64,000 nucleotides of DNA from an uncultured Gemmatimonadales bacterium (GCA_963825055.1 CAWGSK010000017.1:1-64000); one strand, 5' to 3'; shown: positions 29,091-38,849, counted from the first letter of the stretch. Numbers and translations: made by a program. Notes: generated by a model from the letters alone, not told the origin.

Positions 29091-31984
29091 GCCCGGGATC
29101 GTTCCGCACGGCACGCCCCCACGGACAGCCGGAACGGTCGCAGCCCCCCGGCGAACGAGCGGGCGGCGTGCCGATCGACAAGGGAACCCGAGCCCTCTAC
29201 GCCACGGACGGTTCCAACTACCGCCAGGCGCCGCTGGGCGTGGTCCTTCCGCGTACGGTCGAGGACGTCATCGCGACGGTTCATGCGGCCCGCGAACACG
29301 GGGCGCCTGTCTGCCGCGGAGCGCGGCACCAGCCGGCGGGACAATACTGCAATACCGCCGTCGTCATGGACATGTCACGGTATCTCCACCATGTGCGGGA
29401 GATCGATCCCGCCCGTCACCTGGCGCGGGTCGAACCCGGCACGATCCTGGACGACCTGCGCCGGCAGGCCCGGGCCCACGGTCTCACCTTCGGACCCGAC
29501 CCGGCCACGCATACGCACTGTACGCTGGGCGGGATGATCGGCAACAACTCCTGTGGTATCCATTCCGTGATGGCCGGCCGGACCGTGGACAACGTGGAGC
29601 GGCTGGACGTGCTCACGTGGCGGGGACTCCGCCTGGATGTCGGGCCGACAGGAGAGGAGGAGCTGAAGGCCATCATCGAGCAGGGTGGGGAGCGGGGGGA
29701 GATCTACCGCCGCCTGCGCGACCTGCGCGACCGGTACGCCGGCCTCATCCGTGAGCGCTACCCGTCGATCCCGCGCCGGGTCTCGGGCTACAATCTGGAC
29801 CAGCTGCTGCCGGAGAACGGGTTCCAGGTTGCCAGGGCACTCGTCGGCACGGAGGCGACCTGCGTCACGGTTCTCGAGGCCACGGTACGCCTGGTCCGGA
29901 ACCCCGGCGCGCGCTCGCTGGTGGTCCTGGGCTACCCCGACGTGTATCAGGCCGGCGATGCGGTGCCGTTCATCATGGAACACCAGCCGATCGGCCTGGA
30001 GGGGATTGATGACCGCCTGGTTGGCTACATGCGCTCCAAGGGCCTGCACCCCGATAATGTCGACCTCCTCCCCGACGGGCGGGGCTGGCTGCTGGTCGAG
30101 TTCGGTGGCGACGACAAGGAGGAGAGCGACGGTTTCGCCCGCCGCCTCATGCAGGCCCTCGAGGGGCGGGGAGATGCTCCCAGCATGAAGCTCTTCGACG
30201 ATGAGCAGGCCGAGGCGAAGCTCTGGGAGGTCCGGGAATCGGGACTTGGCGCCACCGCCGTCGTGCCGGGCGAGGCACGGACCTGGCCGGGCTGGGAAGA
30301 CGCGGCCGTGCCGCCCGAATCCGTTGGCGACTATCTGCGCGACTTCCGCGCCCTGCTGGACCGCTATGGCTATGAGTGCGCGCTCTACGGCCACTTCGGA
30401 CAGGGCTGCATACACGTGCGGATCGATTTTGACCTCCGCACCCGGCCGGGCATCGACACCTACCTCGCGTTCATCGATGAGGCCGCCGATCTGGTCGTGT
30501 CGTATGGCGGGTCCCTCTCGGGAGAACACGGGGACGGGCAGTCACGCGGCGCACTCCTGCCGAAAATGTTCGGCGAGGAACTCGTCGGAGCGTTCCGCGA
30601 ATTCAAGGCGATCTGGGATCCCGATGGAATGATGAACCCCGGCAAGGTGGTGGATCCCGCCGCCCCTGACGAACATCTCCGGCTGGGTACGGACTATGAT
30701 CCCCACCCCGGTGACACCGCATTTGCCTGGCCGCACGACAACGGAAGCTTCGCGCATGCGACCCTGCGATGCGTCGGGGTCGGGAAATGCCGCCGCCTGG
30801 AGAGTGACGGCACCATGTGCCCGAGCTACATGGTGACCCGGGAGGAGCAGCACTCCACCCGCGGCCGGGCGCGCCTGCTCTTCGAGATGCTGCAGGGCGA
30901 CGTGATCACGGACAAGTGGAAGGACCGGTCCGTGCATGAAGCGCTCGACCTCTGCCTGGCGTGCAAGGGCTGCCTGCACGACTGTCCGGTGAACGTGGAC
31001 ATGGCGACCTACAAGGCCGAGTTCTACAGCCACTATTACCGGCACCATCTGCGGCCACGGGACGCCTGGGCGTTCGGACTCATCCCCTACTGGGCCCGCC
31101 TGGCGGCGCCCATCGCCGGCTTCGCCAACGCCATCACGCGTACCCCCGGCCTCTCGGCGGTCGCGCACTGGCTGGCCAACGTGGCGCCGGAGCGGAATAT
31201 TCCCGCCTTCGCGAAGGAGCCCTTCACGAAATGGTTTCACCGCAGGGCGCGAAGAGAGGAGGGCGGCGACCCCGTCTTCCTCTATGCGGACACCTTCAAC
31301 AACTATTTCCATCCCGACACGGCCCGGGCGGCCGTGCAGGTGCTCGAGACCGCCGGCTGCGAGGTGCATGTGCCCAGCCGGTGGCTCTGCTGCGGGCGTC
31401 CGCTCTACGAGTACGGCATGGTGGACCGCGCCCGAGGGCTGCTGCGCCGGACCCTGGACGGGCTGCGCGACCCGATCCGGGCGGGCATGCCTGTCGTCGT
31501 GCTGGAGCCAAGTTGCCTGACGACATTTCATGACGAGCTGCCCAATCTGTTCCCCAACGACGAAGACGCCCGCCGCCTCAGCCACCAGGCGGTCAGCCTC
31601 GGCGATTTCCTGGCCCAACGGGACTGGACGCCGCCGGCGCTGGACCGTGAGGCGCTGTTCCACGGCCACTGCCACCAGAAGGCGGTGCTGGGATACGAGG
31701 GAGAGCGGACGGTGCTGGACCGGATGGGAGTCGCGTGCACCGAGCCGGAGACCGGATGCTGCGGCATGGCGGGCGCGTTCGGGTTCACCCGGGGGAAGTA
31801 CGGGGTGTCCGTCGCCGTCGGAGAGCGGCACCTGCTTCCGGCCATCCGGGAGGCACCCGGGAACCGGCTGGTTCTCGCCGACGGTTTCAGCTGCCGTGCG
31901 CAAATCAGCCAGTGTACGGGGCGGAAGGCGCTCCATTTCGCCGAAGTGATCGGGATGGGGCTGGAGGCGGCGAGTAGCAAGTAG
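29087..31984 (+). CDS. FAD-linked, Fe-S-binding oxidoreductase (GlcD/GlcF-type fusion, YdiJ-like); N-terminus locally garbled
   Basis: YATDGSNY, CTLGGMIGNNSCG, SGEHGDG, CVGVGKC, CLACKGC..CP, CCG motifs. Confidence 0.88.
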   Translation: MSPGSFRTARPHGQPERSQPPGERAGGVPIDKGTRALYATDGSNYRQAPLGVVLPRTVEDVIATVHAAREHGAPVCRGARHQPAGQYCNTAVVMDMSRYLHHVREIDPARHLARVEPGTILDDLRRQARAHGLTFGPDPATHTHCTLGGMIGNNSCGIHSVMAGRTVDNVERLDVLTWRGLRLDVGPTGEEELKAIIEQGGERGEIYRRLRDLRDRYAGLIRERYPSIPRRVSGYNLDQLLPENGFQVARALVGTEATCVTVLEATVRLVRNPGARSLVVLGYPDVYQAGDAVPFIMEHQPIGLEGIDDRLVGYMRSKGLHPDNVDLLPDGRGWLLVEFGGDDKEESDGFARRLMQALEGRGDAPSMKLFDDEQAEAKLWEVRESGLGATAVVPGEARTWPGWEDAAVPPESVGDYLRDFRALLDRYGYECALYGHFGQGCIHVRIDFDLRTRPGIDTYLAFIDEAADLVVSYGGSLSGEHGDGQSRGALLPKMFGEELVGAFREFKAIWDPDGMMNPGKVVDPAAPDEHLRLGTDYDPHPGDTAFAWPHDNGSFAHATLRCVGVGKCRRLESDGTMCPSYMVTREEQHSTRGRARLLFEMLQGDVITDKWKDRSVHEALDLCLACKGCLHDCPVNVDMATYKAEFYSHYYRHHLRPRDAWAFGLIPYWARLAAPIAGFANAITRTPGLSAVAHWLANVAPERNIPAFAKEPFTKWFHRRARREEGGDPVFLYADTFNNYFHPDTARAAVQVLETAGCEVHVPSRWLCCGRPLYEYGMVDRARGLLRRTLDGLRDPIRAGMPVVVLEPSCLTTFHDELPNLFPNDEDARRLSHQAVSLGDFLAQRDWTPPALDREALFHGHCHQKAVLGYEGERTVLDRMGVACTEPETGCCGMAGAFGFTRGKYGVSVAVGERHLLPAIREAPGNRLVLADGFSCRAQISQCTGRKALHFAEVIGMGLEAASSK

Positions 31985-32030
31985 CAAGTGGTAAGTGGTA
32001 GGTGGTAAGTGGTGAGTGATGAATAGTGAG
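31973..32030. repeat. Single drifting heptamer arm AGTAGCA > AGTGGTA > AGTGATG
   Basis: About eight 7-mers changing stepwise; contains the oxidoreductase stop codon. Confidence 0.8.
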
Positions 32031-32042
32031 AGGAGTGGCGAG

Positions 32043-32429
32043 GTGCAGACACGCGTACTGCAGGACAAGCCCGGGGAACGAGTGTTCCTCCTGGCGTTCG
32101 ACAAGGGCGACAACCCGCCCGAGCTCCTGACCTCATTCGTCGGGGAACGGAACATCCGGGCCGGACGCCTGACGGCGATAGGGGCGTTCAGCGAGGCGAC
32201 CCTCGGCTATTTCGACCGTGAGAAGAAGGATTACGTGAAGATTCCCATCCGGGAGCAGGTGGAGGTCCTCGCGCTGACGGGCAACGTGGCGTGGCACGAC
32301 GGACAGCCGAAGGTGCATGCCCACGTGGTCGTGGGGAAGCGTGACGGCACCGCCCACGGGGGGCATCTGCTGGAGGCCAGGGTCTGGCCCACACTGGAAG
32401 TCTCGCTGGTAGAGGCGCAGGGAGAATGA
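32043..32429 (+). CDS. PPC domain (DUF296) protein
   Basis: AIGAFS..LGYF, EVLALTGN, HAHVVVG..GGHL..PTLEV. Confidence 0.88.
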   Translation: MQTRVLQDKPGERVFLLAFDKGDNPPELLTSFVGERNIRAGRLTAIGAFSEATLGYFDREKKDYVKIPIREQVEVLALTGNVAWHDGQPKVHAHVVVGKRDGTAHGGHLLEARVWPTLEVSLVEAQGE

Positions 32430-32466
32430 GGCGGACCAGGGAAGAGGGGACAGGGTGCCGTTGCGG

Positions 32467-32603
32467 CAGGGGTAGGAAGGGGGAATGGGGAGTAGGCCGT
32501 AGGGAGTAGGGAGTAGGCAGGAGCCTGAGAGGAAATTACTTTCCCGATGATTCCCGTTCGCCTTATCCCTCTTCCCTTTTGCCTCTTCCCTGTTCCCTTT
32601 CCT
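32467..32603. repeat. Heptamer-armed element: (GGGAGTA)n - core - (TTCCCTY)n
   Basis: G-rich arm 32467-32520, core GAGCCTGAGAGGAAATTACTTTCCCGAT, pyrimidine arm up to the DUF72 start. Confidence 0.7.
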
Positions 32604-32606
32604 GTC

Positions 32607-33311
32607 ATGCACATTTTCCCCGGCATCTCCGGCTATGCCTATAAGGAGTGGAAGGGCTCGTTCTACCCCGCTGACCTAAAGGCAGACGGGATGCTCGGCT
32701 TCTACGCCACCCGCTTTCCCACCGTCGAGATCAACAACACATTCTACCGGATGCCCAGGGAGTCCGTGGTCCTCAACTGGGCCGGACAGGTTCCCGACGG
32801 GTTCCGCTTTGTCCTGAAGGCCTCCCGGCGGATCACGCACTTCGGGCGGCTCAAGAACGTCGAGAGCGAACTGGAGTATTTCCTGCGCGTCGCCTCCGCC
32901 CTCGGCCCGAAACGTGGCCCGACTCTCTTCCAGCTCCCTCCCAACCTGCCGGCGGACCTGCCGCGGCTCGAGGCTTTCCTGCGGCTCCTTCCGCCGCGCT
33001 GGGCGGCTGCCTTCGAGTTCCGGCACTCTTCCTGGGAAACGGCCGAGGTGGAGCAAGTGCTGGCTGACGCGGGGGCAGCCCTGGTGCATTCGGACGGCGA
33101 AGGGTTCTCGGATGCGCTCTCCTCCACGACGGACTGGGGCTATCTGCGGCTCCGCCAGCCCACGTACACGGACGAAGAACTCCGGGGCCTCGCGGCCGCG
33201 GTCCGCCGGCAGCCCTGGCGCGAAGCGTTCGTGTTCGTGAAGCATGAAGGGGAGGGGCCGGGGCTGGCGGTCCGGGTGCAGGAGGCGATGAGGGCCGCGG
33301 ACAGTGACTAG
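32607..33311 (+). CDS. DUF72 family protein
   Basis: GISGYAYKEWKGSFYP, VEINNTFY, LFQLPP, AFEFRH, YLRLR. Confidence 0.9.
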   Translation: MHIFPGISGYAYKEWKGSFYPADLKADGMLGFYATRFPTVEINNTFYRMPRESVVLNWAGQVPDGFRFVLKASRRITHFGRLKNVESELEYFLRVASALGPKRGPTLFQLPPNLPADLPRLEAFLRLLPPRWAAAFEFRHSSWETAEVEQVLADAGAALVHSDGEGFSDALSSTTDWGYLRLRQPTYTDEELRGLAAAVRRQPWREAFVFVKHEGEGPGLAVRVQEAMRAADSD

Positions 33312-33400
33312 TGACTCGTGACTAGTGACCAGTGCCTGGAGTGACTCATCGCTGCCGACTGCCGACTGCCGACTGCCTATTCCCTGCTCCTGGCTCCCTC
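33303..33400. repeat. Heptamer-armed element: (TAGTGAC)n - core - (TGCCGAC)n
   Basis: Between convergent genes; both stop codons lie in or at the arms. Confidence 0.85.
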
Positions 33401-34075
33401 ACTTCCAGACCACATCGCAATCACATCCGCCAGCTCGTCAAGTACCTCCGCGTCGGTACGGCCGGAGCGCTTGAGGACGTGGAACGAGTGGTCCGCTCCC
33501 TCCACCATGTGCAATGTTGCGCCAGCGAGCGGGGCCGTGACCAACCGGATCAGGCCCGGATCGGCGAGCGCATCGCGGGTTCCCTGCAGGAACAACATCG
33601 GGACCTCCACCCGTGCGAGGTGGCCGGCGCGATCTGTCGACGGCCGGCCTGAGGCGTGGAGCGGGAACCCCAGGAAGGCCAGGCCCCGGACGCCGGGCAG
33701 CAGGCCTTCGGCAGCCGCCTGTGACGTCATCCGGCCGCCAAATGACTTGCCGCCTGCCACGAGAGGCGTTGCGGGCAGCGCTTCGGCGGCCGCCTGGCAG
33801 GCCGCTCTTACTGCGGCATGCGCCACCGCAGGGCGGTCGGGCCTGCGGGAACCAGCCTGCATGTAGGGAAACTGGTACCGCAGTGTTCCGATCCGCCGGG
33901 AGGCGAGACGCTCACTCATCGCACCCAGGAACCCGTGATGCATGCCGGCCCCCGCCCCGTGCGCGCAGATGTACAGTGCGACCGGCTGGGCGGGGACCTG
34001 CCAGATGCATCCCACGCTCCCAACCCCATCGATGTCAATCCGACCTTCCCGCAGTCCGGGCATCCAGTCCTCCAC
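33377..34075 (-). CDS. Alpha/beta hydrolase (KANL3/Tex30-like)
   Basis: AHGAG, GGKSFGGR nucleophile elbow, QGTRD, ADHSF. Confidence 0.88.
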   Translation of the reverse strand: MEDWMPGLREGRIDIDGVGSVGCIWQVPAQPVALYICAHGAGAGMHHGFLGAMSERLASRRIGTLRYQFPYMQAGSRRPDRPAVAHAAVRAACQAAAEALPATPLVAGGKSFGGRMTSQAAAEGLLPGVRGLAFLGFPLHASGRPSTDRAGHLARVEVPMLFLQGTRDALADPGLIRLVTAPLAGATLHMVEGADHSFHVLKRSGRTDAEVLDELADVIAMWSGSEGARSRE

Positions 34076-34164
34076 TGTGATCTATCGCATGGCGCGCGCG
34101 GTCCGTCGCTCCTAACTTGGGAAGGATCACGCGCGAAAGCCGCACCAGCCTCAGGGAGCGCCAA

Positions 34165-34818
34165 ATGGCTTCGACACCCCGCAAGCGCAGCACCCGTAAG
34201 CGTACGAAGAAAAAGGGAGCGGCACGCAAGGGGAAGAAGGCGACGCGCCGGTCAACGAAAAAGAGCGCTGTCCGGGGGACGAAGAAAAAGGGCACGTCCC
34301 CCCGGAGGAAAAGAAAGACCAGTCCGCGTTCCCGGAAGAAGGCTTCCACCACCCGTCGGAAGCGGACCACCCGTAAATCCGTGAATGAGACGAACACACC
34401 GGCCAGCCGGACCAGCCGTGCCCGCGAGGCTGTTGCCCGCGGGGCCAGGGAGGTCGGCTCGCTTGTCCAACAGGCAAACATTGGAGGGAAGATGGCAGCA
34501 CGCGCAACGAAGGTGCAAAAGGCCGTGTCCCGGGCGGCCAAGGACGCCCGTAAGGCCGCGACGAAGGCCGGGAAGCAGGCCAGGAAGACCGCGACCAAGG
34601 CCTCACGGCAGGCCTCCAGCGCGGCGAAGAAGGCCGGCAAGGCCGTCGCGCGCACGCGCAAGACCGTCGAGAAGCGAGTGAAGCGGGAGATGGCCAAGCG
34701 GAAGGTGAAGAAGGCTCTCAAGCGGACCGGCCAGGTCATGAAGACTGCCGGCAAGGCTGCGGCTGCGGCCGGGGTGGCGGCCGCTGCCGCCGAGATCGTG
34801 CGAGGCCGGAAGAGCTGA
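34165..34818 (+). CDS. Very basic Lys/Arg/Ala/Thr-rich protein (histone H1-like)
   Basis: GGGAG SD; RKRSTRKRTKKK, TSPRRKRKTSPRSRKK, AAKKAGKA; low complexity, few acidic residues. Confidence 0.7.
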   Translation: MASTPRKRSTRKRTKKKGAARKGKKATRRSTKKSAVRGTKKKGTSPRRKRKTSPRSRKKASTTRRKRTTRKSVNETNTPASRTSRAREAVARGAREVGSLVQQANIGGKMAARATKVQKAVSRAAKDARKAATKAGKQARKTATKASRQASSAAKKAGKAVARTRKTVEKRVKREMAKRKVKKALKRTGQVMKTAGKAAAAAGVAAAAAEIVRGRKS

Positions 34819-34840
34819 GCCGGCCGTACCGGACGATGGA

Positions 34841-34873
34841 GGGCGGGGCGCACCAAGAATGGTGCGCCCGCCC
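34841..34873. terminator. Hairpin between convergent genes
   Basis: GGGCGGGGCGCACCA..TGGTGCGCCCGCCC; no U-tract. Confidence 0.45.
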
Positions 34874-34882
34874 GCGTCCGGC

Positions 34883-35458
34883 CTACTGGCGCGAACTGTC
34901 TACGATCGCTACCCGTTCCTCCTGCTGGTCCGGGTGAACCATCCACGTTTCCACCACATAGTGCCGGTCGTCCAGCACCCGGAGCCGGACGAGGTGCGCG
35001 GGTTCCCCCTCGGTCACGCCCCGCGGGTCCACGCTCCGCAACGTCAGGGTACCGGTGCTGTCGTCCCACGTCCCCTCGGCGCCCACCGCGAGATTCCCCT
35101 CCTCATCCACGCTGTACGTGACATATACGCCCCGGCCTTCATCCCAGCCAAGGTAGACCAGGCTCTCACCGGGCTCGTCGAGGTCCAGCCCACGAAACGC
35201 CATCTGGAGAAATCGGCCGTCGAGAATGAGGCGATTCTCGGCTGAGGCTTCTCCTTCGGGAGGGACCCCGGCGGGGGCCAGCTCGAGGGTGTAGTGCTGC
35301 ACCCATTTGCCGGCCAGCCGCTTGAGCAGCGTGTGATGCGGCCCCGGAGGCGCGGACGCGAGGGCCTTCGGGACCGTGATAGCGTCCTGGGCGGCGATCG
35401 GGCCCGCCGCGATGGTGCCCGCCAGGATGGCGAGTGGAATCCAGTGCGGTATGTTCAT
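34883..35458 (-). CDS. DUF1579-like secreted protein
   Basis: Signal peptide; PGPHHTLLKRLAGKW, ILDGRFL, LGWD..YVTYSVD. Confidence 0.7.
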   Translation of the reverse strand: MNIPHWIPLAILAGTIAAGPIAAQDAITVPKALASAPPGPHHTLLKRLAGKWVQHYTLELAPAGVPPEGEASAENRLILDGRFLQMAFRGLDLDEPGESLVYLGWDEGRGVYVTYSVDEEGNLAVGAEGTWDDSTGTLTLRSVDPRGVTEGEPAHLVRLRVLDDRHYVVETWMVHPDQQEERVAIVDSSRQ

Positions 35459-35535
35459 TTCATCCCCTGATGGTGGCACCGCAATCCTCACCGGCGGCTC
35501 CCGTTGCTCGGTGACGGAAGTCACGGGGGTTAGAT

Positions 35536-35629
35536 GGTATCGGGTATCGGGTATCGGGTATCGCGAAGGAGCTTTCCATCCAAGCACTAATCACTAATCA
35601 CTAATCACTAGTCACTAGTCACAGCTCAC
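35536..35629. repeat. Heptamer-armed element: (GGTATCG)4 - core - (CACTAAT/CACTAGT)n
   Basis: Core on minus strand TAGTGCTTGGATGGAAAGCTCCTTCGCGA, similar to cores at 50139 and 57988. Confidence 0.88.
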
Positions 35630-35651
35630 CAGTCCCTATGGAGCCACCCGC

Positions 35652-36890
35652 ATGTCACTTCGTCCGTGGGCCCCTGTCCGCCACTTCTTCCTCCCCCTGC
35701 TCGTGACCGCGGTGACACTTCCCTCCGCAGCACAGGTTGCGCCGTCCCCGGCCCTGGCCCATGCGAATGCCCTCCTCCAACAGGCCCCTGTCTTTGACGG
35801 GCACAACGACCTGGCCTGGGAGATCCGCATGCAGGAGGATCATCCGCTCGACGTTGCCGCATATGATCTCCGGACCCGGACGAAGGGACATACGGACCTG
35901 GCCCGTCTCAAGGCCGGTCACGTGGGGGCGCAGTTCTGGTCGGTGTATATCCCGGGCGAGGCAGCTGACAGCGGGTACGCCCGGATGCAGCTCGAGCAGA
36001 TCGACATCGCCCTCCGCTTTATCGCCCGGTATCCGGAGCTGACGCTTGCGCTGACGGCGGACGACGTCGAGCGGGCCATGAAGGGCGGTCACATCGCCTC
36101 GCTGATCGGCATGGAGGGCGGCCATGCGATCGAGAATTCGCTCGGCGCCCTGCGGGCATACTACGACCTTGGCGCCCGCTACATGACCCTGACCCATAAC
36201 GTGACTTTGGACTGGGCCGACGCGGCCATGGACACGGCGGCGCACGGCGGGCTGACCGACTTCGGACGTGACGTCGTCCGGGAGATGAACCGCCTCGGGA
36301 TGCTGGTAGACCTGTCCCACACGTCCCCGGGCACCATGAGCGATGTGCTCGACGTGAGCCAGGCACCGGTGATCTTCTCGCACAGCTCGGCCCGGGCGCT
36401 GGTGGATGTTCCCCGGAACGTCCCGGACTCGATCCTGGCCCGGATGCCGAAGAATGGCGGGATCGTCATGGTCACCTTCGTGCCGGACTTCGTGTCCCGG
36501 GCGTTCCATGACTCGATCGAGGTGTGGAGGCCCCAGCTCGAGGCGCGGCTTCAGGGTGTGACGGATTCGGCGGAGCGGGGCGGGATCCGCCGGGAGTTCA
36601 TGCGCACCCATGAGCTGCCCCGGGCCACCATTGCCGACGTGGCGGACCACGTGGAGCACGTGCGGGATGTCGCCGGCATCGACCACGTAGGCCTGGGCGG
36701 CGACTTCGACGGAACCGGGAGCCTCCCCGAGGGGCTCGAGGACGTATCCACGTACCCGAACCTCTTCGCCGAGCTCATCCGGAGGGGGTGGAAGGACGCG
36801 GACCTGAAGAAACTCGCCAACGGCAACATGCTCCGGGTCATGCATGAGGCGGAGGCGGTGGCGGGGCGGATGAAGGGAAGCCAAGAGTGA
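35652..36890 (+). CDS. Membrane dipeptidase (peptidase M19)
   Basis: FDGHND, GAQFWS, GMEGGH, LTHN, VDLSH, FSHS, GGDFDG; signal peptide. Confidence 0.95.
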   Translation: MSLRPWAPVRHFFLPLLVTAVTLPSAAQVAPSPALAHANALLQQAPVFDGHNDLAWEIRMQEDHPLDVAAYDLRTRTKGHTDLARLKAGHVGAQFWSVYIPGEAADSGYARMQLEQIDIALRFIARYPELTLALTADDVERAMKGGHIASLIGMEGGHAIENSLGALRAYYDLGARYMTLTHNVTLDWADAAMDTAAHGGLTDFGRDVVREMNRLGMLVDLSHTSPGTMSDVLDVSQAPVIFSHSSARALVDVPRNVPDSILARMPKNGGIVMVTFVPDFVSRAFHDSIEVWRPQLEARLQGVTDSAERGGIRREFMRTHELPRATIADVADHVEHVRDVAGIDHVGLGGDFDGTGSLPEGLEDVSTYPNLFAELIRRGWKDADLKKLANGNMLRVMHEAEAVAGRMKGSQE

Positions 36891-36992
36891 CAAGTGAGTA
36901 GTGATTAGTGGTTAGTGCTTCAGGGCAAGCGATAGTCGCGGAAGCGACCCTGGCTCAACGGCCAAGCACTATTCACTACTCACTAATCACTT
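36886..36992. repeat. Heptamer-armed element: (TAGTGAT)n TAGTGCTTCAGGG - core - AAGCACTA (TCACTAY)n
   Basis: Between convergent genes; overlaps both stop codons. Confidence 0.88.
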
Positions 36993-37978
36993 TTCCCAGT
37001 CGCCAACCCCAGCCTTACCGCCACAAACTCCGCCGCCGCATCCTCCGCCCACAGATGATGATGCCCTGGGGTCCCCTCCACGAATCCGACGTGGCCGCCT
37101 TCCTCCGGCATGAGCAGCGTGAGGCAGGGGTTCGCCGCGATTGCCTCCCGCGGGACGAGATCGCCCGGCGCCATCGGGTCATCTGCCGCGTGGATGAGCA
37201 GCGTCGGGACCCTGACCGCCGGCAGGTACGGACCGGCCGAGGAACGCGCGTAGTAGTCCGCGGCATCCCGGAATCCATGCAGAGGCGCCGTGAGGGCATC
37301 GTCGAAATCCCGGACGGTGCGGGCGGCCAGCACGCGCTCCATGTCCACGAGTTCCTCCAGCATGGCCCGCTTCGCCAGCACCTTCTGGCGAAGAGAGCGG
37401 AGGAAGAACCTGGCATAAATGCGTCCCGCCCCGCCATCGATCCGTGCGGCACTCTCGGCGAGGTCGTAGGGAACGCTGATGGCCGCCGCCGCGGCCAGAC
37501 CGGAGTCGGTCGACCCATGCTCACCCAGGTACTTGAGCAGCACGTTCCCACCCAGTGAAAATCCCACCCCCGCGAGCGGGCCGCCGTGGCTCTGCCGCAG
37601 GTGCTCGATGACGAGCCCGAGATCCTCCGTCTCGCCACTGTGGTAAAAGCGCGCGGTCCGGTTGGGGGCCCCGCCACAACTCCGGAAGTTGAGCCCAACC
37701 GACCGCATGCCGTGGGCCGACAGGGCCCTGGCGAGTTCTGCCGTGTAATCCGAGTGCGCGCTCCCCTCGAGGCCGTGCAGCGTCAGCACCAGCGGCGCGG
37801 TCGCGTCCGGCGGGCGCTCCCCGACCGTGGTGTATTCCAGGACCAGCTCGTCGCCATCCGGCGTTTCCAGCCGTTCCGACCGGAAGGACACGTCCCCCGC
37901 GTGCCGCAGCAACCGACCGCCGATGGTCTGGGCGTGAGCTCCCGGCAGCCACCACGCCGGCGTGAAGCGGGTGGTCAT
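36983..37978 (-). CDS. YheT-like alpha/beta hydrolase
   Basis: HAQT, LHGLEGS, FYHSGET, GFSLGGN, ADDP, GGHVGF. Confidence 0.9.
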   Translation of the reverse strand: MTTRFTPAWWLPGAHAQTIGGRLLRHAGDVSFRSERLETPDGDELVLEYTTVGERPPDATAPLVLTLHGLEGSAHSDYTAELARALSAHGMRSVGLNFRSCGGAPNRTARFYHSGETEDLGLVIEHLRQSHGGPLAGVGFSLGGNVLLKYLGEHGSTDSGLAAAAAISVPYDLAESAARIDGGAGRIYARFFLRSLRQKVLAKRAMLEELVDMERVLAARTVRDFDDALTAPLHGFRDAADYYARSSAGPYLPAVRVPTLLIHAADDPMAPGDLVPREAIAANPCLTLLMPEEGGHVGFVEGTPGHHHLWAEDAAAEFVAVRLGLATGKSD

Positions 37979-38688
37979 GGAGCGTGGCCCGCCCCGAACA
38001 GGGAGCCGCGGAAGAAAATGATCCCCCCTCCCACCAGCGCGATCGTCGCGAAGGCAAACCACTGGATGGCGTAGCCCAGGTGCGGCCCGTCGTCGAGCGC
38101 CGCGGGCTCCTGCCGTCGCGGACGGTGTGGGAGGGCGCTGTCTGGCGTCTGGAGGATCACGACGTCGAGGAGAGGGTAGGGGACGGCCGAGCGCACCGAC
38201 GCGAGGTCCAGGCGGCCCCACGAGAGCACGCCGTTGTTCACGTTACGTCCTGCTCCCCCAGGGTCCTCGGCGATCGGCTGCGCGATCCCCCGGACCTCGA
38301 CCACGCCTGGTTCATCCAGGCCGGAGAGGTTCGGCGTGGCTGCATCCGCCGCGGCGACAAACCCGCGGTTGACCAGGACAGCCGTATCCCGCCCGGCGAG
38401 GCGCAGGGGCGTCACCAGCAGCACGCCAGGCGCCTCGCGGTACACCCGCCCGCGCAGGACAAACTCGTGGTCCCGGTCATACACCCCACGGGCGATGACC
38501 CGCCGGTGGGGGAGGGAGTCCCGGCTCGTGTCGAGCGATACCGGCGGGAGCCCCATGGCCGCGGCGATCGCCTGGTTGGCCGCCCGCCGCTGGCTCAGCC
38601 TGGCCAGCTGCCACACGCCGAGCCGGATACAGATGCCGGCGACGATGAAGGCGAGCAGCAGGAACAGCCAGGGCGATCGAGTGGACAT
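37975..38688 (-). CDS. SURF1 family protein
   Basis: LGVWQLAR, TPL..VLVNRGFV, HLGYAIQWF. Confidence 0.9.
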   Translation of the reverse strand: MSTRSPWLFLLLAFIVAGICIRLGVWQLARLSQRRAANQAIAAAMGLPPVSLDTSRDSLPHRRVIARGVYDRDHEFVLRGRVYREAPGVLLVTPLRLAGRDTAVLVNRGFVAAADAATPNLSGLDEPGVVEVRGIAQPIAEDPGGAGRNVNNGVLSWGRLDLASVRSAVPYPLLDVVILQTPDSALPHRPRRQEPAALDDGPHLGYAIQWFAFATIALVGGGIIFFRGSLFGAGHAP

Positions 38689-38849
38689 CCGTTGTCTTTC
38701 CTCGGGGACATTCGGGACTGACCGGACGGCCCGGTCGACGGCGAACCGTAAGAATAGCTGGTAGTTAGCCTGCATGCCCGCCGCGGTCCGGTCGTTGCTT
38801 CCCGTCTTGATAATCAGTATTCAGCGCCAACCCGCACCCGAGGTTCCGG

